Source: an uncultured Actinomycetes bacterium
GTDB taxonomy: Bacteria; Actinomycetota; Thermoleophilia; UBA2241
Length of the DNA stretch: 64,000 bases
Direction: 5' to 3'
NCBI GenBank assembly: GCA_963725665.1
Contig: CAVRZA010000001.1
Location: 96,001 to 160,000, forward strand
The position numbers and the translations under genes are program-made. Every line of letters starts with the position of its first letter. Positions within the stretch are counted from its first letter, which is position 1. Below are positions 1-9,090 of this stretch, in pieces. The notes beneath the pieces were generated by a model. That model was not told the origin of the DNA. It did no database searches and saw only the letters and a list, made by a program, of their open reading frames with translations.

Positions 1-1387
1 CGTAGGTGCGGTGGGCGAGGTTGGAGAAGTAGACGGTGCCGCCGACGACCGACGGTCCCCCCGAGATGGCGCCCCTCGAGGCGAAGCTCCAGCGCACCGC
101 GCCCGTGCGCAGATCGAGGGCGTAGAAGACGCCGGAGTAGGAGCCGACATAGACCCTGCCATGCCAGATCGCCGGCGACGAGTACACGTAGGCGCCCAGC
201 GGACGCGACCACAGCAGGCGCCCGCTCGAGGCCGAGAAGCAGTAGACGGCGCGGCCGCTGCTGTTGGGGAAGACGACGCGACCTCCTGAGACCGCCGGCG
301 TGCCGTAGAAGTTGCCGGCGCCGTGCGCGCGCCAACGCACGGCGCCCGTGCGCGCGTCGAGCGCGTACGCCGCGCCGTCGTAGCGGCCGATGTAGATGGT
401 CCCGCGGGCGTAGGCCGCGCTCGAGGTGATCTTGGCGCCCAGGTGGGCGCGCCAGCGCACGCGTCCGTCGCGCTTGTCGAGGGCCCAGACGTTGCCGTGC
501 CAGTCCCCGACGTACAGGAGGTTTCCCACCACCAGGGGAGAGGATTCGGTGGGGCCGACCGCGTTTCGTCTCCAGACGTCGTGACCGCTGAAGCAGTCGA
601 TGGCGCGCACGGAGCCGCTGAGGAGGGTGAAGTAGGCGATGCGCCCGCTCACGGCCGGCTGCGAGGCGAAGTCGGAGTTCGTGCGGCGTTTCCAGACGAG
701 CTTACCGTCGGCGAGGCGGCGCGCCACCATGTACCGGTGCTGGACGTTGTAGATGGCGAGCCCATAGGCCAGTGTCGCTGGGAACTCGAGCATCCCCCAC
801 GACGGACTCTTCCAGAGCAGCCTGCCGGGCAGGCCGACGTCCAGCGCCGCCGCGTGGTGCGTGCGCGCGGCGTCGTAGCCCCACGTGGTCCACTGCGTGG
901 CCGTGCGGTAGAGCGGGATCGTGACGCGCCCCTGCCTGTCGGCTCGCGTCTGCAGGGGGAACGTCGAGTAACCCGCGTGCGAGGGCGTGATGCGCAGGCG
1001 CTGTCGTGCTCGCCGCGTCTCGACCACGGCAATGCCCTGGGCGTCGGTCTGCACCACGGACTTCACGGTCGTGACGTCCCTTGGGGCCGTGACCACGAGG
1101 CGCACCCCCGCGAGCGGCCTCTGCGTGCCGCCGTCGACGACGCTGAGGGTCACCTGGTGCGACGGGGTGGCTGACGGAGTGGGGGTTGGGCTGGGGGTGG
1201 GGCCGGCTGGCGGCGGCGGCGTGCCGGAGGAGCCGCAGCCGGCCAGCCCCACCCCGACGATGATCAGTCCGCTGAGTGCCGCGGCGCGCAGTGCATGAGC
1301 GCCGCGCGGGGCGGCCGACCCGGCGCGCGAGCGCGACGAACGGCGGGCACGGCCGAGCAGGGTCCCGGGGACGGCGTGGGCGGTCAT
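1..1387 (-). CDS. PQQ-like beta-propeller repeat lipoprotein (BamB-like); 3' end runs off the window, start uncertain
   Basis: Minus frame read by hand: lipobox LAGC, P/T/S linker, repeats such as YSSPAIWHGRVYVGSYSGVFYALDLRTGAVRWSF. Absent from the ORF track because it has no stop in the window. Confidence 0.8.
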   Translation of the reverse strand, partial: MTAHAVPGTLLGRARRSSRSRAGSAAPRGAHALRAAALSGLIIVGVGLAGCGSSGTPPPPAGPTPSPTPTPSATPSHQVTLSVVDGGTQRPLAGVRLVVTAPRDVTTVKSVVQTDAQGIAVVETRRARQRLRITPSHAGYSTFPLQTRADRQGRVTIPLYRTATQWTTWGYDAARTHHAAALDVGLPGRLLWKSPSWGMLEFPATLAYGLAIYNVQHRYMVARRLADGKLVWKRRTNSDFASQPAVSGRIAYFTLLSGSVRAIDCFSGHDVWRRNAVGPTESSPLVVGNLLYVGDWHGNVWALDKRDGRVRWRAHLGAKITSSAAYARGTIYIGRYDGAAYALDARTGAVRWRAHGAGNFYGTPAVSGGRVVFPNSSGRAVYCFSASSGRLLWSRPLGAYVYSSPAIWHGRVYVGSYSGVFYALDLRTGAVRWSFASRGAISGGPSVVGGTVYFSNLAHRTY

Positions 1388-1417
1388 ATACAATGCCCTC
1401 ATGGAGAGAGACCCGCT

Positions 1418-1987
1418 TTGACCTGGGTGTGGGCGATAGGACGCCTCTTGGGCCTATCGACGGCCGCGGGCATCCGCGCCTCGCTCGTGCTGGCCGTCAT
1501 CGGCATCCTCGGCCGCGAGGGCTGGGGTATCCACTTGTCGGCCGGTTTCCTGTGGCTGCAGACCTGGATCGCCATCGTCGTCTTCATAGTACTCGCCATC
1601 TTCGAAGGGTCCTTCGACAAGGTGCCCACCTTCGACCGCTTGCAGAACCGTCTCCTGGTGCCCTGGCGCATCGCCGCCGGCGCTATCGCCGGCGGCGCCG
1701 TGATGGCTCACGGCACCACCGGCCTCATCATCGGCCTCGTCGGCGGGGGCGCTCTCGCCTATCTGGGCATGTACGTGAAGTTCGCCATCCGGCCGCGCTC
1801 GACGACGAGCGGCGCGGCCGTCGGGCTGATCAGCCTGACCGAGGACCTGGTGGCCTTCGCCACGGCCGTCCTCACCGGTCTGCTGGCTCCGATCGGCTAC
1901 GTCTTCTTCGCGTGGACGCTCTGGCTCGTCGAGCGTTTGCGGCGCCGGCGCAGCGCGAAGTACAAGGGCCTGCGCGTGCTGCGCTAA
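1418..1987 (+). CDS. DUF4126-family membrane protein
   Basis: GLSTAAGIRASL...FEGSFDKVP.FD...SLTED pattern, hydrophobic; TTG start inferred. Confidence 0.75.
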   Translation: MTWVWAIGRLLGLSTAAGIRASLVLAVIGILGREGWGIHLSAGFLWLQTWIAIVVFIVLAIFEGSFDKVPTFDRLQNRLLVPWRIAAGAIAGGAVMAHGTTGLIIGLVGGGALAYLGMYVKFAIRPRSTTSGAAVGLISLTEDLVAFATAVLTGLLAPIGYVFFAWTLWLVERLRRRRSAKYKGLRVLR

Positions 1988-2016
1988 AGCGCGCCGCGGC
2001 CGAGCGAGGTCTTCTC

Positions 2017-2694
2017 GTGGACGACGCAGGCAAGCTCGCCGACCGCCGGCTGCGGATGGTCGAGGAACAGATCGTGCGCCGCGGCGTCACCGACGCCAAC
2101 GTGGTCGCGGCCATGCGGTCCGTGCCGCGTCACCTCTTCTTGCCCCCCGAACGTGAGCACGAGGCCTACGCCGACGAGGCGCTGCCCATCGGCCACGGCC
2201 AGACCATCTCGCAGCCCTACATGGTCGCGCTGATGACGCAGCTCCTGGGGCTCGACGTGCGCAAGAAGATCTTCGATGTCGGCAGCGGCTCGGGCTACCA
2301 GACGGCGGTGCTGTGCGAGATGGCGGGCGAGGTCTTCGCGATCGAGCGCATCCCCGAGCTGGCCGAGCGCTCGCGAGCCGTGCTCGAGAAGCTCGGCTAC
2401 GACAACGTGACCGTCATCACCGGCGACGGCACCATGGGCTTGCCCGAGCAGGCGCCCTTCGACGCCATCTTGGTCGCGGCCGCAGCGCCGGAGGCGCCGC
2501 GGCCGCTCCTGGGGCAGCTCGCCGACGGCGGCCGCCTCGTGATCCCCTTGGGGCCGGTGCACCGCGAGCAGATGCTCACCGTCTTCACGCGCGAAGGGAC
2601 GGGCCTCCGCCGCGACGAACACGTCTACTGCCGCTTCGTGCCCCTGATCGGCGAGGAAGGCCTCGGGGGCGCTCAAGGCGACGGAGCGGTGTGA
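2017..2694 (+). CDS. pcm: Protein-L-isoaspartate(D-aspartate) O-methyltransferase
   Basis: VPRHLF, AYADEALPIGHGQTISQPYMV, DVGSGSGYQ, GDG..G....APFDAI, CRFVPLIG. Confidence 0.95.
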   Translation: MDDAGKLADRRLRMVEEQIVRRGVTDANVVAAMRSVPRHLFLPPEREHEAYADEALPIGHGQTISQPYMVALMTQLLGLDVRKKIFDVGSGSGYQTAVLCEMAGEVFAIERIPELAERSRAVLEKLGYDNVTVITGDGTMGLPEQAPFDAILVAAAAPEAPRPLLGQLADGGRLVIPLGPVHREQMLTVFTREGTGLRRDEHVYCRFVPLIGEEGLGGAQGDGAV

Positions 2695-2709
2695 GGCAGG
2701 AGGCCCACG

Positions 2710-3012
2710 GTGGCCGACGAAGCTGAAAGGATGCCTGTGGACGACGTCGCGCGGCGCTTGCGGGTGCACGGCCTCGTGCAGGGCGTCTACTACCGTTACG
2801 CGACGCGCCAGGTGGCGAGCGTGCTGGGCCTCTCGGGGTGGGTGGCCAACCGCCGCGACGGCAGCGTCGAGGCGTTCGTGCAGGGGCCGCCGGAGCACGT
2901 CGAGGAGCTGATCGCCTGGTGCGGTGAAGGACCGCGCGGGGCGCGCGTCGAGCGCGTCGACGTCGAAGACGCCGCGCTCGACGCGCGCCTCACCGGCTTC
3001 GGCATCAGGTGA
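2710..3012 (+). CDS. acyP: Acylphosphatase
   Basis: VHGLVQGVYYR, GWVANRRDGSVE, GPRGARV. Confidence 0.92.
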   Translation: MADEAERMPVDDVARRLRVHGLVQGVYYRYATRQVASVLGLSGWVANRRDGSVEAFVQGPPEHVEELIAWCGEGPRGARVERVDVEDAALDARLTGFGIR

Positions 3013-3080
3013 GCGTGGAAGACGAGGGCTAACGGCCGCCGTTTGGGCGGCCGATGAGCAGATACGAGAGAGTAGGTAGG

Positions 3081-3755
3081 ATGGCGAGCCGCACGCGCGT
3101 GACACTGGAGAAGGTCCGCAAGGACCCCGAGACGAAGGCGTTCGTCAAGAAGGCCGACGAGAACCTCGAGAAGCTCGGCTACACGGAGCATTCGACGCGC
3201 CACGCCGGCCTCGTGGCGCACATCGCCGAGAACATCCTTCTGCGTCTCGGCCACCCCAAGCGCGAGGCCGAGCTGGCCGCCATCGCCGGCTACCTGCACG
3301 ACATCGGCAACGTCGTCACCCGGCTCGACCACGGCATCGCATCGGCGCTCATCGCGCGCGAGATCCTGGAGCAGCTCGGGATGCCTGTCGAGGAGTATAC
3401 GGAGGTCATGGCCGCCGTCGGCAATCACGAGGAGGAGTACGGCGAGCCGGTCAGCGCCATCGCCGCCGCGCTGATCCTGGGCGACAAGTCCGACGTGCAC
3501 AAGAGCCGCGTGCGCAATCTCGACCCCAAGACCTTCGACATACACGACCGCGTCAACTTCGCCAGCCAGAAGTCGTTCGTGGCCGTCAACGCCGAGTCGA
3601 GGACGATCACGCTCCTACTCGAGATCGACACCACCGTCTCGCAGGTGATGGAGTACTTCGAGATCTTCCTCTCGCGCATGGTGATGTGCCGCCGCGCGGC
3701 GAGCTTCCTCGGCTGCGACTTCAACCTGGTCATCAACGGCACGCGGCTGCTGTAG
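3081..3755 (+). CDS. HD-domain phosphohydrolase
   Basis: GYTEH..RH, LHDIGN, GNHEE, DKSDV. Confidence 0.85.
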   Translation: MASRTRVTLEKVRKDPETKAFVKKADENLEKLGYTEHSTRHAGLVAHIAENILLRLGHPKREAELAAIAGYLHDIGNVVTRLDHGIASALIAREILEQLGMPVEEYTEVMAAVGNHEEEYGEPVSAIAAALILGDKSDVHKSRVRNLDPKTFDIHDRVNFASQKSFVAVNAESRTITLLLEIDTTVSQVMEYFEIFLSRMVMCRRAASFLGCDFNLVINGTRLL

Positions 3756-3869
3756 GAGTCCACAATGAGCCCCGTGGCATCCAGCAGGAGCCGTGACTAC
3801 ACGATAGGGGAGCGCACGCGACCCATCCCGCGGCGCACGAAGACGAGAGACGACTACGGAGGTGGTCAC

Positions 3870-4127
3870 ATGGCAAAGCGAAGGAAGAGGGGCGGCCTCC
3901 TGTTCGGGCTGCTCGTCGGCGCCGGGATCGCGCTGCTTCTGGCGCCCAAGACGGGCAAGGAGCTGCGCAATCAGCTCTTCGGCGGGTCGCTCGACGAGCA
4001 GCGGTCACGGCTGCAGGACGCCGTCGGGGCCGGCCGCGAGTCGGCCGAGAAGCGTGCCGAGACCCTGCGCGCGAAGATCGAAGAGACGAGGCAGCGCCTG
4101 CGCGAGCAGATGGGTGACTCCGCCTAG
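3870..4127 (+). CDS. YtxH-domain protein
   Basis: GLLVGAGIALLLAPKTGKELR; GGAGG RBS. Confidence 0.85.
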   Translation: MAKRRKRGGLLFGLLVGAGIALLLAPKTGKELRNQLFGGSLDEQRSRLQDAVGAGRESAEKRAETLRAKIEETRQRLREQMGDSA

Positions 4128-4152
4128 CCACCCGCGCGTGTCTCCAGGGACT

Positions 4153-4998
4153 ATGCGGGCGGCGGCCGCGCTGAGCGCGGCCGCCGCCCTCGGTCTGTCG
4201 TACCTCCTCTTCGAGTCGCAGTGGTTGCGCCGGGTCGAGCAAGAACTGGGGATCCCCGGGCTCCCGCACGAACTCGATGGGTTCACCGTGGCCCAGCTCT
4301 CCGACCTGCACGTGGGGTTCGTGCCGAGCTTCAATGTGCGCACCTTGCGCAAGGCCGTGGCCGTGCTCCACGCCGCGCGCCCTGACCTGATCGCCGTCAC
4401 CGGCGACCTCGTCACCGGCAGCGGGCGCCTCGAGGCCCTGCGGGCCGAGCTCGCCCGTCTGCGTGCGCCCCACGGCGTCTTCGCTGTGCTCGGCAACCAC
4501 GACCACGCCGAGGCGAAGTTCGTGCCCGTTCGGCCGCCCTCGCCCGAGGAGCTGGGCCGCCTGACCGAAGGGGCGGGCGTCAGGCTGCTCACGAACGAGT
4601 GCGTCACGGTGCCCGTCGGCGCGGCGGCGGTGCAGGTCTGCGGCGTCGACGACGTGCAACACGGCTACGGCGACCTGGCGGCGGTCGAGGCTCGCCTCGA
4701 CCGCCGCCAGGTCGTACTCCGCCTGCTCCTGAGCCACTTCGGCGAAGTCGCCGCGCGCGTGGCGCCGGGCGACTTCGCCCTCATCCTCTCTGGGGATACG
4801 CACGGGGGGCAGATCTGCCTTCCCTGGTTCGGCGGGCGCGTGATGTTGAGCAGCCCGCGCGCCGAGTTCCGCGAGGGCTTCCATCGCCGCGACGGCGCGC
4901 TCGTCTACGTCACGCGCGGCGTCGGCACGAGCTTTCTGCCCTTCCGCTTACTCTGCCGCCCCGAGGTCGTCCTCTTCCGCCTCAGAGCGGCACGGTAG
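4153..4998 (+). CDS. Calcineurin-like metallophosphoesterase (YkuE/YaeI-like)
   Basis: SDLH, TGDLV, LGNHD, SGDTHGGQI, VTRGVG. Confidence 0.9.
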   Translation: MRAAAALSAAAALGLSYLLFESQWLRRVEQELGIPGLPHELDGFTVAQLSDLHVGFVPSFNVRTLRKAVAVLHAARPDLIAVTGDLVTGSGRLEALRAELARLRAPHGVFAVLGNHDHAEAKFVPVRPPSPEELGRLTEGAGVRLLTNECVTVPVGAAAVQVCGVDDVQHGYGDLAAVEARLDRRQVVLRLLLSHFGEVAARVAPGDFALILSGDTHGGQICLPWFGGRVMLSSPRAEFREGFHRRDGALVYVTRGVGTSFLPFRLLCRPEVVLFRLRAAR

Positions 4999-5013
4999 GC
5001 GGTAGCCTGAGGC

Positions 5014-6183
5014 TCAGCCCCCCCTGACGGCGCGCAGCGCGCGCGCCGGCCACGGCGCCACCTCGAGGATCGCCGCCGTGGGACAGATCTCCGTGCAGGC
5101 GTAGCAGCGCACGCAGGGGTCGTCGTCGAAGACCGGCACGGGGTCCAGCGTGATCGCCTTGACGCCGCAGATCTCGACGCAGTTCCCGCACCTGGTGCAG
5201 GCAGAGGCGTCGACGAGCCGGGGACGAGCGCTCAGGAGGCTGCGCGACAGCCGTCCCAGGGTGGCCGGTGCGGGTGTGGTCGCGCCTCCCTGCGTGCCCT
5301 CGAAGTCGCGCGTCGAGGGCTCGAAACCGTGGTCGCGTGCGATAGGGTCGCCGGCGAGGTCGTAGGGGCGGTGGAGGTCGATCAGGCCACGGCGCTCGGC
5401 GGCGGCGAGGGTGTGGACGTAGTGGTAGCGATGGTCGGTGCGGTCGGCGAGGGCGGCGTCGAGCGCGATGGCGTCGCGGGCCGCGAAGAGCGACTCCATC
5501 CGGCGCGGACGGCCGCTTCCCGGCCCCTTGCCCTCCATGGCGACGACGGCGTCGATGACGGAGAAGCGCGGCCGCAGGGCGAGGTAGAGGTCGAGCAGCA
5601 TGTCGGCGAAATCCTCGCGTCGCTGAGCCTTGACGTGGAGCTGGGCCTTGAGCAAGCCCGGGACACAGCCGAAGGCGAGCTTCACGCCGCCGGTGAGGCG
5701 CATGAGGCCGTGCGTCTTCAAGGGGCCCACCTGCACGATGGCATCCGCCTCGGTGAAGCAACGGCAGACGGTGAACGAGCGGAAGAGCCTGCCCTCGGGG
5801 GCCTCGATCCTGACGGTCTCGGCATCGGCGTGGACGGCCTCCACGCCCTCTTCGGCGCAGACGCCGGCGATGCCCGCCTCGGCGTAGGCCTTCATCACGG
5901 CGCCTTCGCGCCCGGTCCCACCGGGGCTGTCGGCGACGAACGGCAGCGCGCCGGCCTGCTTGAGGGCGCGCAGCACGACGCGCAGGGTCTCCGGGTTCGT
6001 GGTGACGACCTTCTCCGGCGCCGCGGCGCGGAGCAGGTTGATCTTGACGGCGACGCGCTCGCCGGGCGAGACGATCGCCGGCCAGCCCCCGAAGGGGGCG
6101 ACCAGGCGCTCGACCGACCCGGCGAGCGCGTCGCCGTAGCTTGCCGTGACGTGGGAGACCAGCGCGGGACCTGCCGACTGCAT
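5014..6183 (-). CDS. DUF362-domain protein with two C-terminal 4Fe-4S motifs
   Basis: KINLL, LKTHGLMRLTGGVKLAFGC, MEGKGPGSG, CTRCGNCVEIC and CVRCYACTEICP; TAGACT -10 lies 7 nt before the ATG. Confidence 0.88.
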   Translation of the reverse strand: MQSAGPALVSHVTASYGDALAGSVERLVAPFGGWPAIVSPGERVAVKINLLRAAAPEKVVTTNPETLRVVLRALKQAGALPFVADSPGGTGREGAVMKAYAEAGIAGVCAEEGVEAVHADAETVRIEAPEGRLFRSFTVCRCFTEADAIVQVGPLKTHGLMRLTGGVKLAFGCVPGLLKAQLHVKAQRREDFADMLLDLYLALRPRFSVIDAVVAMEGKGPGSGRPRRMESLFAARDAIALDAALADRTDHRYHYVHTLAAAERRGLIDLHRPYDLAGDPIARDHGFEPSTRDFEGTQGGATTPAPATLGRLSRSLLSARPRLVDASACTRCGNCVEICGVKAITLDPVPVFDDDPCVRCYACTEICPTAAILEVAPWPARALRAVRGG

Positions 6184-6250
6184 GGCCCTCAGTCTAGCCT
6201 GTCGCACCGTTGCGTGCAGCAGGACGCACGACAGCGGCGCGCAGAGGGCG

Positions 6251-6979
6251 CTAGGAGTTGGCGGTCTGTCTTGTCAGCCAAGCCGGCGGCTTGAGGTAGA
6301 GCCAGAGCACCCCGAGCGTGTAGACGAGAGCGATGGGAAGGGCGGCCTCTTCGATCGTGTCGCTGCCGAGCAGCTCGCCGACCTCGCGCAGGCCGCTCAC
6401 GAGAAGGTAGGCCGAGAAGGCGAGCAAGAGAAGGCTTGTGATCCTGAAGAAGAGGCCGATGTCGAGACGCCTGCCGCCCTGGTACACGACCACGCCTAGA
6501 GTGACGGCGACGGCAAGGCCGGCCAAGCCGCCGACCAAGGTCGCGGCCGCCGAGCTTGCGCCGCTGGCCGCGAAGAGGAAGAGCGCCATCTCGATCCCCT
6601 CCCGCACGACGGCCACGAAGGCCAGCCAGAAGAGGGCCCTGCCCCCCGCGGCGAGGGCGGCGCCTACCTTGTTGCGCAGACTGGATGACGCGGCAGAGCT
6701 CTGCTTGCGCATCCAGAAGATCATCCAGGTAAGCAGCGCGGCGGCGGTCAGCATCGTGGCGCCCTCGAACACCTGCTCCGCGGTGCCTTCGAGCTCCCGT
6801 CCCGTCGCGAAGAGAAGGGTCGCCGCGGCGATGCTCACGAGCGTCGCGAGGCCGACGCCGACCCATACCCTGCGCCGGGCGTCTCCCGCTTGCGCGGAGC
6901 GCAGCGTGGCCAGCACGAGCCCCACGATGAGCGCCGCCTCGAAGCCTTCGCGCAGGGTGACGAGGAGCGAGCCGATCAT
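6251..6979 (-). CDS. FTR1/EfeU-family iron permease
   Basis: Two REGxE motifs (LREGFE, VREGIE); multiple TM segments. Confidence 0.92.
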   Translation of the reverse strand: MIGSLLVTLREGFEAALIVGLVLATLRSAQAGDARRRVWVGVGLATLVSIAAATLLFATGRELEGTAEQVFEGATMLTAAALLTWMIFWMRKQSSAASSSLRNKVGAALAAGGRALFWLAFVAVVREGIEMALFLFAASGASSAAATLVGGLAGLAVAVTLGVVVYQGGRRLDIGLFFRITSLLLLAFSAYLLVSGLREVGELLGSDTIEEAALPIALVYTLGVLWLYLKPPAWLTRQTANS

Positions 6980-7012
6980 GGAGACCGCCTTTGGGTAGGG
7001 GGAGCAACCGTC

Positions 7013-7031
7013 GTATGTTAGGCTAGCCTAA
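7013..7031. promoter_or_regulatory. DtxR/IdeR-type iron box
   Basis: GTATGTTAGGCTAGCCTAA matches TTAGGTTAGGCTAACCTAA at 16/19 and lies about 35 bp upstream of the FTR1 start. Confidence 0.8.
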
Positions 7032-7053
7032 AGTGGCGTCGGCGTAAAGGTCG

Positions 7054-7644
7054 TCAGAGCGCGGCCACGGCGCCGGCCACGACGGCGTAGTGGTAGGGAA
7101 GGGGCGGGCCCGGCGCAAGGGCGCGCCGCACGTGCAGGCCCATCGAACGCACGATGGCTTCGGTGCGCTCCAGCGAGAGCACGTGGGCCGCGGGTGGCCC
7201 GACGGGGCGCTCGATCGGAGCCCAGTCGACGATCACGAGGCGGCCGTCGGGCGCGAGGAGCCGCCTCATCTCGGCCAAGGCCTCGGTCTCGTCGTAGAGC
7301 TCGTGCCAGACGTTGACCGCCAGCACCACCTCGGCGGCCCCCTCGGGCAGCGGCACCTTGTTGGCCTTCGTCGCGACGATCTGCACCCTGGCGGCCAGCT
7401 TGGGCGTCAGCTTGGTCGCCAGGATATCGAGGAGATCACGGCTCAGGTCGACGGCGATCACGCGGCCGCGCGGCAGCGCGGCCGCGATGGGCAGGGTGTA
7501 GACGCCTGTGCCCGCGCCGTAGTCGACGACGGTCTCAACGCCAGTCAGGCCGAGCAGGTCGACGACGACGTCGGGGTGCTGCCAGTCGAGTCGGTCCGGG
7601 TCCTCGAGCTTGGCGGACTTGGCGGGGTCGAACTTACGAGCCAT
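7054..7644 (-). CDS. Class I SAM-dependent methyltransferase
   Basis: VVDYGAGTG, VIAVDLS, LAPDGRLVIVDW. Confidence 0.9.
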   Translation of the reverse strand: MARKFDPAKSAKLEDPDRLDWQHPDVVVDLLGLTGVETVVDYGAGTGVYTLPIAAALPRGRVIAVDLSRDLLDILATKLTPKLAARVQIVATKANKVPLPEGAAEVVLAVNVWHELYDETEALAEMRRLLAPDGRLVIVDWAPIERPVGPPAAHVLSLERTEAIVRSMGLHVRRALAPGPPLPYHYAVVAGAVAAL

Positions 7645-7957
7645 CGGCGCCGGGAGACGCCTGCAGGCATTGGGCGTACTTGAGGAAGGTCTCCAGGGCC
7701 CGCTCGATGGCCACCTCCGACGAGGCGTCCTCCTCGTCGAGCAAGCACTCGCGCACCTTGGTCGTGATCAGGTAGATGCCGACGCGGTCGAGCGCCGCTC
7801 TGGTAGCCGCGAGCTGGGTGAGGATGTCCTCGCAGTCCCGGCCCTCTTCGATCATACGCTGCAGACCGCGCGCCTGGCCCTCGACCCGGCGCAGCCGGTT
7901 GAGGATCTTGTCGACCTCTTCGAAATCGGCCTTTGCGCTCTTGAGGTCTTCGTTCAT
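7634..7957 (-). CDS. CsoR/RcnR-family repressor (C-x-C, CstR-like ligand set)
   Basis: RLRRVEGQARGLQRMIEEGRDCEDILTQLAA...KVREC. Confidence 0.9.
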   Translation of the reverse strand: MNEDLKSAKADFEEVDKILNRLRRVEGQARGLQRMIEEGRDCEDILTQLAATRAALDRVGIYLITTKVRECLLDEEDASSEVAIERALETFLKYAQCLQASPGADGS

Positions 7958-7965
7958 GGCCCGAC

Positions 7966-7984
7966 TATACCCCCGGGGGGTGTA
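7966..7984. promoter_or_regulatory. CsoR-family operator (G/C tract palindrome) overlapping the -10
   Basis: TATACCCCC-G-GGGGGTGTA immediately upstream of the repressor; minus-strand TATAGT lies 6 nt before the ATG. Confidence 0.8.
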
Positions 7985-8058
7985 ATGGGCAACGTGATAT
8001 CCTTGCTGCCCCTGCGCCGGTGACGATGTCGGCGATGTAGGGGGTACAGACACGCGAG

Positions 8059-9090
8059 ATGCAGAACCTTGGGCCACAACCGCGCTTGATGGCGGCGGGC
8101 GGCGGGGCGGAGGCGCGCGGCGCCTCCGCCCCGCCGCCCGCCGCTCCGTCCCCACCCGAGCCCGCACCTGAGCCCACGCCCCCGTCGCGGCGGCCTCGCT
8201 GGCTCGGCCGCCGCACCCTCGTCGGCGTCAGCGTGGCGATCGTCGTCGTCCTCGTGGTACTTGCCCTCACCACCGGCCTTGCGACCGATGTCCGCACCCT
8301 CATCGCCGACGTGGCGAAGTGGGTCGAGCACCTCTTCGCCGAGTACGGCTACCCGATCGTGTTCCTCGCCGTCCTGGGCGAGAGCGCGGGTTTGCCGCTC
8401 CCCGGCGAGACCATCCTGCTGATCGCGGGTGTCGCGGCCCAGCACGGCAGCCTCGCCTTGCCGGTCGTGTGGCTGCTCGGCGCCACCGCCGCGATCGTGG
8501 GCGACAACCTGGGCTACTGGGTGGGCCACTACGGCGGCCGGCCGTTGCTGATGCGCTACGGGCGCATCCTGGGAGTGCACGAGAGAGAGCTGCGCATCCT
8601 CGACAAGTACTTCGAGGTGCACGGGGCGAAGACCGTCTTCCTCGGGCGGTGGGTCATCTTCCTGCGGGTCTGGGCGGCCCTCTTCGCCGGCGCTGCGCGC
8701 ATGAACTGGAAGCGCTTCTTCATCTACAACGCGCTCGGCGGCACGGCCTGGGTCATCTCGATGAGCTCGCTCGCTTACATCTTCTCGTCCAGCATCAGTA
8801 GGCTGAAGGGCCTCTTCGGGGTCGTCGCCTGGGTACTGGCCTTCGTGGTGGCGGGGTTCGTCGTGGTGTTCGTCGCCCGCGAGCAGCGCAAGAATCTCGA
8901 GAAGTACGCACGCGAGGACGATGAGGCCGAGGGGACCGCGGCTTCTACGGCGAGCGACGGGCCCGCCGACGCGGGGCCCGCCGCGCCGGCGACGACCGAC
9001 GCGGCCGACGCCGAGTCGCGACCCAACACGGCCGACGCCGAGCCGGAACCTACTCAGGACAAGGGACCGTCGCCCGGTAGCGTTCCTTGA
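8059..9090 (+). CDS. DedA-family membrane protein
   Basis: ESAGLPLPGE, GDNLGYWVG, FLGRW; low-complexity termini. Confidence 0.9.
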   Translation: MQNLGPQPRLMAAGGGAEARGASAPPPAAPSPPEPAPEPTPPSRRPRWLGRRTLVGVSVAIVVVLVVLALTTGLATDVRTLIADVAKWVEHLFAEYGYPIVFLAVLGESAGLPLPGETILLIAGVAAQHGSLALPVVWLLGATAAIVGDNLGYWVGHYGGRPLLMRYGRILGVHERELRILDKYFEVHGAKTVFLGRWVIFLRVWAALFAGAARMNWKRFFIYNALGGTAWVISMSSLAYIFSSSISRLKGLFGVVAWVLAFVVAGFVVVFVAREQRKNLEKYAREDDEAEGTAASTASDGPADAGPAAPATTDAADAESRPNTADAEPEPTQDKGPSPGSVP

